Assembly (NCBI GenBank): GCA_951406725.2
Contig: OX597837.1
Coordinates: 12,462,001-12,526,000 of the forward strand
Direction: 5' to 3'
Source: Octopus vulgaris
Lineage: Eukaryota
Length of the DNA stretch: 64,000 nt
Shown here: positions 54,569-64,000 of the stretch, one piece after another
How positions within the stretch are numbered: the stretch's first letter is position 1
Layout: the number at the start of each line of letters is the position of its first letter
Translations under genes and position numbers: made by a program
Notes under the pieces: model-generated
Seen by the model: only the letters and a program-made list of their open reading frames with translations
The model's database searches: none
What the model was told of the DNA's origin: nothing

Positions 54569-54862
54569 TTTTGCCAATTTTGATTTTCACCGATTCGCAC
54601 AATATTTACCTTGTTGTCTGGGTAGAAGTATATTCAGTGATATGTGAGGTAATTTCTCAATATTGAATCAATAACTAAAAGATAGTCGCAAAAATTAGAC
54701 AATGAAATAAATGATGGTTGTTTCGTCACTAGAGTGTATAACGGATTAAATGAAACATGATCTCCAAAATCTGTAATGCAATTACAAACTTGGTGAAGAT
54801 AGGAAATAAATTTTTTTGAGTATTTCTAACGCCTTATTTATGTTCTTGGTTCAGGCAAGAGT

Positions 54863-54901
<39 letters not shown>

Positions 54902-54946
54902 CTGAGTGTGCGTGTGTGTATATGTGAGTATTAATTATGTAAATAT

Positions 54947-55022
<76 letters not shown>

Positions 55023-56053
55023 TATAATTATATATATATATATATATAGCAGCTAAGCCCGGTTTCACCGGTCGGTGTGGATGATGTGGCTGTAAAACCT
55101 GCTCTGTGTAAGCATTCGACGTGTCTGGGCATGGTTACGTTAAGAAACAATTTATCGTCTCTTTTGGTCAGCTTTATTTCATGAAATAAATGGTGGTTGT
55201 CTCGTCACTAGAGTTTATAACGGATTGAATGAAACATGATCTCCAAAACCTGTAATGCATTTAGTATTTAAAATATTTCACAATAATTTGGTAGATTCTG
55301 TTACCGATAAACATGGACGTCATTTATCAACCAATAACGTTAGTTATGATGGTCTCCGGGAATTTATTCTTTTCTCGTTTATTTAGAAACAGGAAACATC
55401 ACGTAAAGTCAAGCAAACGATGATGAAATAAGATAACTGTGAAGGTGCAGAGCTGTGACATAGGTTCTGGTATTTTGTAATGACCTGTAATGTTCGGAAA
55501 AGGGAATAAAAGCCCGCACTCAGCTGTCTAGTGTAGATATGAAAACTCATACGTATTTAAGAAGCAGTTCATAGATATATGGTGAACAATTGGTTACGGT
55601 AGGATGTCTGTTCAATTCCTCGGGGGATTTAGTTTAACAATATTTGTTGAAAATCGGATTCTGCTAAACAGAATGATAGTAAATTCTTGAAACACTGCTT
55701 GCAATGCGGTTTGTATTATTTGATTGGTTTAATCACGTGAGATCAGTAATGTTGTTTATTGGCGTTTACAATACAGCTTCCTGTTCAGGTGTTCCTCATT
55801 CCATGCAATCCATGAAATGTATTTAAAATGTGTCAGGAAGTGAATACCCAGCTTTAGGAAATATCTTTCAGTGACGAATGTCAGCGAATGTTGCTGGACA
55901 AACCTGGTGAAGATAAGAAATAAAGTTCTTGGAGTATTTCATACGTCTTATTTATGTTCTTGGTTCAGGCAAGAGTTAAAAGAAATCAATATTAGTCAAT
56001 GTGTGTGTTTGAGTGTGCGCGTGTGTGTATATGAGTATTAATTATGTAAATAT

Positions 56054-56127
<74 letters not shown>

Positions 56128-56129
<2 letters not shown>

Positions 56130-56676
56130 AATTAACAATTGAGGATAAAATCTTTAAAAGAAATTATCAGTAGTCAGCGTGAAAAACCTCATAAGAGAAA
56201 AAATCCGTAAATTCTTCCTCTTTGAAAATATTCATTTATATTATATTGAGGGTGCTACTATTCGTAGATACCAACACGCTAAGAGGGACCAATGCAGTCA
56301 AAACTACTAAAAATAAACAAAATTTTACCGAATGCAAAACTTCAAAACACATCATTTTAAAAAAGAATTCAGTTACATATCACATGTGATTTCGCATTTA
56401 ATGCAGAATATGCATTTCATGTTCGTCAGTGCAACAAACTCAAGAAATATAAGATGTGTTTTGAAGTTTTGCATTCGGTAAAATTTTGTTTATTTTTAGT
56501 AGTTTTGACCGCATTGGTCCCTCTTAGCGTGTTGGTATCTACGAATAGTAGCACCCTCAATATAATATAAATGAATATTTTCAAAGAGGAAGAATTTACG
56601 GATTTTTTCTCTTATGAGGTTTTTCATGCTGACTACTGATAATTTCTTTTAAAGATTTTATCCTCAATTGTTAATT

Positions 56677-56733
<57 letters not shown>

Positions 56734-56882
56734 CGTGTTGGTATCTACGAATAGTAGCACCCTCAATATAATATAAATGAATATTTTCAAAGAGGAAGAA
56801 TTTACGGATTTTTTCTCTTATGAGGTTTTTCACGCTGACTACTGATAATTTCTTTTAAAGATTTTATCCTCAATTGTTAATT

Positions 56883-56960
<78 letters not shown>

Positions 56961-57603
56961 TATATATATATATTTACATAATTAATACTCATATACACAC
57001 ACGCGCACACTCAAACACACACATTGACTAATATTGATTTCTTTTAACTCTTGCCTGAACCAAGAACATAAATAAGACGTATGAAATACTCCAAGAACTT
57101 TATTTCTCATCTTCACCAGGTTTGTCCAGCAATATTCGCTGACATTCGTCACTGAAAGATATTTCCTAAAGCTGGGTATTCACTTCCTGACACATTTTAA
57201 ATACATTTCATGAATTGTTAATTTATATTTTTCACCGGAATAGTTCAATACTGAATTTTTATTCCGACTAGGCAATTTGTGACCGAAATGCATTGTGAAG
57301 AAGCCCGCCATTTTCATAGATATGTAAGGATAAACATTTGTACATGCTACGACGAATTCTACGGTTGGCTATCGAGTTTGTAATGTTATGTTTTTTCTTA
57401 TATTTCTTGAGTTTGTTGCACTGACGAACATGAAATGCATATTCTGCATTAAATGCGAAATCACATGTGATATGTAACTGAATTCTTTTTTAAAATGATG
57501 TGTTTTGAAGTTTTGCATTCGGTAAAATTTTGTTTATTTTTAGTAGTTTTGACCGCATTGGTCCCTCTTAACGTGTTGGTATCTACGAATAGTAGTACCC
57601 TCA

Positions 57604-57610
<7 letters not shown>
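56128..57610. mobile_element. Duplicate of the 5733-6670 HHR element with an extra fold-back; HHR motifs at 56372-56435 (-) and 57415-57478 (+)
   Basis: Same CUGACGA...GAAA UCACAUGUGA UA motif on both strands. Confidence 0.8.
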
Positions 57611-57653
<43 letters not shown>

Positions 57654-58724
57654 GGGAGTAAATCCAAACTTACAGGGAAAAATTATATTTAGGATTAAAT
57701 CCAATTTTACAGTTTAAATATAAATTAAATTAGAGATAAAACCACTATTAGGCAAATCAAACAGTGAAAAACATAAACCAAAACAGAAATAAAATTAATT
57801 AATATATGAATTTTATATTTTATATATTTTGTATATTATATTAATTAATTATATTTCTATCTTTTGGTTTATGTTTTTCACTGTTTGATTTGCCTAATAG
57901 TGGTTTTATCTCTAATTTAATTTAATGTATTTTTTTTCTAGTTTCAGCTTAGAGATGCGGCCATGCTGATATAAAGTTAATCCAAACATGAAAACACAAA
58001 GAGAAAACATAATAACGCGAGGATGTGGAACAAATATAGTATTATTGGACGATCAGGAAAGAAGGAAAGAAGGAGGGTTTAAGGTAAGCCCGGTTTCACC
58101 GGTTGGTGTGGATGATGTGGTTGCAAAACTTGCTCTGTGTAAGCATTCGACTTGTCTGGGCACGGTTACGTTAAAAACAATTTTAGAATGACATTTTTCT
58201 GTCTAAACGCTAAAAATCACGGACCAAGAAAAAAACAACAATGATTCAACCAAATCAAAAAATAAACTCATATACTAAGCGAACAAAGATGACCCATCTT
58301 ACCTCCATTGTGCGAGCACACGCACAAGGACACAAACATACACATGTACGCTCTCTCACAGACACACACACACACATTCACATACCCCCTTTTACATACA
58401 CACACATATATTCTCACAGAGATGAAATGATGTTTGATTTATTTTTTCAGCGTACAATTTTCATCATCCCACTTCCAAGTATGACATCACCCCTTCCTTC
58501 CTTATTCCTCAATTACCACTTCCTTTGTCATTGAGAAAAACAAGAGTATTATCATACTAGATTATCTCAGTAACCATGGTAGCCATGAAAAAATAGCATC
58601 TAAGTAAATTTTCCCGCAGTGCAGCCCAGCCGTTTGACCGTGAATCCCAATAAAAGAAGGAATCACCAATGTCAAATTTATATATAAGGATATACATGTG
58701 TGTGTGTGTGTGTGTGTATGTGTG

Positions 58725-59240
58725 TGATATTTAGTACATGGAAACTGAATGTTTGCTTCAGTATTGAACAAAGAAATAGACTTACAGTTATATAAAATAG
58801 ATGTTTTCCGCTGGGCGTCTCGATTTTTCCACTCCAATGAATAAAATACATACGTCCAAATCTTCACTATTACCGTAGGATGATTAAGTCCCTTTTTTAC
58901 ATGTAATTTCCACAGAAACTGCACATTTGTATTGGTTTACAACATGACATATGTTTTGTTAGGTTGTTGAATGTCGCTTCTTCCAATTGAATCTGAGTTA
59001 AAATTACGCAGTTTCTGATTTAAATAATCTGCAGCTGCAGTAACCTGATCAAACACGGTAAACATAAAATAGGCGAATGATCAACAGGTGTGTGTTGCAA
59101 CAATGAGGATGTTTGAATTCATGCACTTTATACTATATCCAATTTCATCCTATTGAATTTCATGCTCGGTCCTTAACATGCATAGTCTAAATTAAGATAT
59201 CAGTTAAACTTTTGACCTCTCAAAGGGAAGATCTTTTAAT
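58725..59240 (-). promoter_or_regulatory. SLC17 upstream module of copy A', donor GTAAGT at 58780-58785
   Basis: Duplicate of 7755-8275. Confidence 0.6.
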
Positions 59241-60787
59241 ATAAAACGAAAAAATTCGTGCGCCGTGTGAATATAATGCTTTGTTATATATTGTCAAAAG
59301 AAAAATTGTATGCCCTTTACAAAATCAGTGTTTAAGAAAAAATATAGTATATCAAAGTAAGGTTATACCAGGAGATTGTAAGTTTTATTACATTGGTCCT
59401 TCCGCTACAATATGGAAATCTAGATCTCATAATCACTGTCATTCATTTAAATATGGAAGGAAAAATATTTGTGCAAATCTTAGTGAATGCATTTAGGATG
59501 TAGAAAGTAGGAACAATAAGTATAATTTGAAGTAGTCTATTATTACTTATACTCCATCGTTGTGTTACCTGTGCACGCCATTACATTCGTTTTTTCTTGT
59601 TTTTTTCCCATTTAAAAAATTTCTTTGTTCTTTGAATTGACTATATTCCAGTTTAATTTTGTTACGTTGATTACATTAACTGCAATCCCTCACAATCCAC
59701 CTTTCCCTTACATTTGCCTGCTTGTGTGCATTTGTTTTGTGTGTGTGTGTGTGTGTGTGCGTGTGTGTGTGTAAGTATTTATGAAATGACGCAACTGAAG
59801 AACGCTTGCATTCAGAACTCTCAATTGCTTGACAGTGATTTTATTCTATACTCGTTATCATTCGTCAGTTGATGCAACCATGTTTAGTCGCGGAAAATAC
59901 AGGGTCGGGTAAAGGCCCTTTTAGATTTGTTCACGTGACTTTGGCAGCAAAAACTTTCACGCGTTCGTGTATGGTTCAAATTAAGAAAACATGAAATAGA
60001 ATATACGAAACCCAAAGTGAGAGTGTATAAAAAAATAAATCTTTAATCAAAAATTAAGTTTTAAAATTAAAATTAGAAGTACAAATGAGGTTATACTATT
60101 AATAATTGGGCGTGTTATACATAGGATGTAAATTAAACAAAAAAAACTGGATAGTTAAATTTATAAAGATTAAACATGATTAAAACACGGATAATTAAAA
60201 CAGATAAGGTGCTCCATACACACACGGTTGAATAGCAGTCAGATGTTTGAGACGGAATATTCCACAAAATTAGTCTCTTACGACACCATTGACCTGATAA
60301 GGCGAAGGTAGTTACGTGCAGTTTTGGTGTCGGAATAAACAAGTAATCACACACATCCTGTAAAAATGTACACATTTGTACTCCAAAGAATGCTCCTGTG
60401 TTTTTCACTTGCTGTCTATAATTTCAATCGCGATCTATCATTTAATAATCTCGAGTCATTCAGTACAGAAGTATTATTCAATATTTTGAAAATCCGTAAA
60501 GCGTAATCCAAAACATGAGCAGGTGTCCATCATTTGAATGTTCCACAGAATTTCAGAATTGAATCCTATCCCTTGCTCAACAAATTGTAGCTCCAGTTCC
60601 GTAATTTCAATTTAGTAACAATTCTATTAGTTCTTCAATAGTACTATATTCCTGTGGATGGAGGACTCCTTTATATTCACAATAGATAAAAATTAGATAT
60701 AACGGTTATAATTCTGTCAAGATGTATGAAATGGGATGTTGGCAAGAATAAAGACAGTATACATTACATTCTCTCTCTGTCTGTCTG

Positions 60788-60842
<55 letters not shown>

Positions 60843-61590
60843 ATCAAATACTCTCATATATATATTTATAAAGGATATATAATTAAAATAAAACATAAAT
60901 TCTTCATTTCTTGAAGGTTTATTATACATATGGTTGAACGATCGCTTGGTAGCGATAGGAATTAGCTTGGAACGGAAAACTGAGACAATCTCAAGAATGG
61001 ACAACGACGTATCATTTAAGAAAAGGAATAATTTGATTATTTGGAAGGAAAAAGCAGGCTTTGTTGACATTTTTCTACCTCATTAAGCTTCATCATTACG
61101 TTAGTTACACGATTTTTTTCCAACAAACATATTTACACACACACACAAAACATTGTGTCACATTTATGTTGTACGTATTTGGGATGGGCACGGCATGAGG
61201 CTAAGAGTAATAGTTCAAAGAGTCTAATAGCTTGTATTAAAAAAAACAAAACAATACGAATAAGGGTATGTTAATTCCCACAGAAAATATATTGTTGACT
61301 TAACTTGAAATACTCTCTCTTTTGGGGAAGGTAGGATAATTGCTTGGTGGAAGTTGTGACAAACTGTAAGTGAAAAGGAGAGATAACTACGAGAATCAAG
61401 ATTTTGTCGAGCTTGACATGTCATTGAGAAAGAGAGAGCATCATAGTATAAACACGAATGGTCAGCTGACGGCCTATGTTTCTATGTATTTGTAACTCTT
61501 TCGTTGTTACGGCCAGGGTAAGGAAATGCTGAGCTGGTGACGCCTACTCAGGAACGAATACTCTCTGATTACGAAGCTATCTGGGAAACA

Positions 61591-63057
61591 TTATTGAACA
61601 ATATTATTTATATTCACGTCGCCCGCATTACCGCGTGATCCGGGTTCTTGTGATCTTGCCCAAACTTGGAGTTCTCCTGTTGCCATTATTGCGAAGAATA
61701 TTGCGCCAACTACACATATAGCAGCACATAAGGCAAACACGATCTGCCATTGTTCTTGTGTATCGTTTGGGGTTAAAGCTTTTGTAGTTAAAGAATTAAT
61801 GCTACCCGCTACTGCAGCAAAAGTGTTCCCAATTCCAAATATGATACCAGCATAACTTGGAGCAATGTCATTGCTGTTGACGATAACACCACCACTGGTA
61901 AAGGATATTGCTGTACCACTGAGAAACAAAAGGAAAGTTATTAAAATGGTCTGGTCACATCTAAGAAATCCTATGGCAGTCAACAGACTTGCTGGAATAA
62001 TCATAGAAAAGGTTTCGAATAGGACTCTAACAGAACGAGTTGACAGATATTTCTTTGAATGTACAAAATCTGCAAATTTTCCACATAGAGGTAGACCAAT
62101 CATTAGACCGGCCGAAGGAGCAGACGACATTAAACCACTGGATATTACATCAATGTTTAAGGTGTCTTTCATATATAGAGGTAGCAACACCTCAAAAGTG
62201 GACGCCATCCAGTCATGAACGAACAAACTGAAAATAATGGCCCAAACTGCAGGTGAAGAAAGCAGCCGTTTCCAAGGTACATTTTTAACAACTTTTTCAC
62301 TTATTGTAGTTCTGTTTATGTAAGAACGTTCTTCTTCGCTGATAGTGGGATGGACGTCTGGATTATCGTAAACCACATAAAACCACACACAACTAAACAC
62401 CAACGATAATCCACCGAATGTATAAAATATAGAACCCCATCCATTATCAAATCCATATACACAGAGGTAACCAGACATTGATAGACCCACGATATCACCT
62501 AGAAACTGACCAGAAAATGTAAACCCAAGCAAAGCAGAAATTTCGTTTGAGGGCCCCCAATGTCCAAATAAAGACTGAATTGCTGGAAATAAGGGTCCTG
62601 ATGCTACGCCTGTTAAGATCCTTAGTACAAGCGTAAAGTAACCACTAATTCGAGACAAACTTGGGTATAAAATTGTAAGAATGGATGCTGAGAGAATCGA
62701 ACCCCCTAGAACTCGTTTCCCACCGTATTTGTCTGCTAATAAACCGCCTAGAAAATTAGTTGCCATATATCCGTAGAAGAACCCAGCCAGGATGTTCGCT
62801 TGCAAGGTGTCACTCCATTCGAACTCTCCTTCAAAATTTGCTTTCATTGAATTATTATCCAAACCGAAACAATATTGGCTGTTTGCAGTAAAATTCACCT
62901 CCCCTCTTGTGTGATTGAGGGGTTTCAACATACAAAGAAAGGCCATACTTAGATCCACTCGCATTGTTTGTAGCAGAAGACAACTCATGCAACAAGCATA
63001 GCATAATCTCCATCGACATGAAGAATAACGCTTAATCCAGTTGGTGAAGGCAGACAT
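61591..63057 (-). CDS. SLC17/sialin-like MFS anion transporter, copy C', intact 488 aa
   Basis: Complete ORF with only a few residues different from copy C. Confidence 0.95.
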   Translation of the reverse strand: MSAFTNWIKRYSSCRWRLCYACCMSCLLLQTMRVDLSMAFLCMLKPLNHTRGEVNFTANSQYCFGLDNNSMKANFEGEFEWSDTLQANILAGFFYGYMATNFLGGLLADKYGGKRVLGGSILSASILTILYPSLSRISGYFTLVLRILTGVASGPLFPAIQSLFGHWGPSNEISALLGFTFSGQFLGDIVGLSMSGYLCVYGFDNGWGSIFYTFGGLSLVFSCVWFYVVYDNPDVHPTISEEERSYINRTTISEKVVKNVPWKRLLSSPAVWAIIFSLFVHDWMASTFEVLLPLYMKDTLNIDVISSGLMSSAPSAGLMIGLPLCGKFADFVHSKKYLSTRSVRVLFETFSMIIPASLLTAIGFLRCDQTILITFLLFLSGTAISFTSGGVIVNSNDIAPSYAGIIFGIGNTFAAVAGSINSLTTKALTPNDTQEQWQIVFALCAAICVVGAIFFAIMATGELQVWARSQEPGSRGNAGDVNINNIVQ

Positions 63058-64000
63058 TTTTGTTAACTTTGATTTCCACTGGTTCTCACAATATTTCGCT
63101 TGATGTTTTGGTGAAAGTATATTCAGTGATGTGTGCGGTAATTTCTCAATATGGAATCAATGACATAAAAGATTGTCTCAAAAGTCAGCAACTTATTCGT
63201 TTCTTTTGGTTAGCTTGATTACATAGAATAAACGATGTTTGTTTTGTCTCTGAAGTGTATATTTGATTAGACGAAACATGGACTCCAATAACTAAAATTA
63301 AAATGTCTTTAGAACCAATATGCGTCACAGTTATTCCATCTTCGATAAATATATTCCCTCATCGATAAATATATTTCATTATCGATAAATATAGATGGCG
63401 TTTACCAATGAATACAGTATCTGGTATCAATACATATCAATCAAGATCTTTTCGTTATATATTTCTTTTTCTTATTATTTAAAACTAGAATAAATCACCG
63501 TAAATCAAGAAAATGTCCAAGAAATGATATAACTGTAAAGGTACGAAGTTGTGAAATATATTTGTTATTTTGGTATAATCTGTTATACTGGAAAAGGCAA
63601 TATTACGGTATTTAACTGTGTACAGTAGATATGATATCTCACTCGTGTTTAAGAGACAGTTGATGAGCAAATGGTGAGCGACTGGTGACGGTAAGATGTC
63701 TGTTCAGTTCCAATTGGTTCTATGATTTGTTGGATAGTGTTCCTTGTAAAAGTTCGGTGTAGATGCCATAGTAAAACGGTAGCGAATTGCTAGAAAGCTA
63801 TGCTTGCGAAACGGTTTGTGTTTGATTAAATAAATAAGCTCTGTATGGCTGTGTGGTGGTGTTTACTATATAGATTCCTGTCCAGTTGAGTCATTCCAGG
63901 TAGTCCGTTCCTTGTATTTAAAATGTGATAGAAGTTAAAGATGGCGTTTCTGGAAATACTAGTCCAAGGAGAAATATTGGCAGGAGTAATTGATGAAGTT

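Overview
AT-rich, microsatellite-dense animal DNA, very probably Octopus (coleoid cephalopod); this is inferred from the tRNA-SINE families, the (TA)n/(CA)n/(GATA)n load and a sialin expansion. The window holds a birth-and-death cluster of single-coding-exon SLC17/sialin-like MFS transporter genes. Three ORFs are intact (23262-24728 -, 42246-43709 +, 61591-63057 -), two are broken only by one homopolymer indel (2683-4126 -, 53127-54568 -), one is a chimeric pseudogene with two stops (10630-12096 -), and there are several eroded shards. The genes share an upstream module ending in a conserved splice donor and a ~1-kb leader. Bases 1-~10.9 kb are duplicated at ~50.4-61.8 kb. The strongest hidden signal is non-coding: at least 13 recognisable minimal type-I hammerhead ribozyme (HHR) motifs (CUGANGA...GAAA-palindrome-UH) from several unrelated families. 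They lie in 400-560-nt, circularly permuted, (TA)n-inserted tandem or inverted units, i.e. retrozyme or Penelope pseudo-LTR-like elements, alongside Penelope RT and GIY-YIG remnants. Every SLC17 locus whose inferred 5' intron is visible carries a sense-oriented HHR in it. Also present: mariners, Helitrons, R4/Dong and APE LINE fragments, SINEs and a diverged 28S-H69-like fragment. All calls were made by eye; repeat boundaries are approximate.
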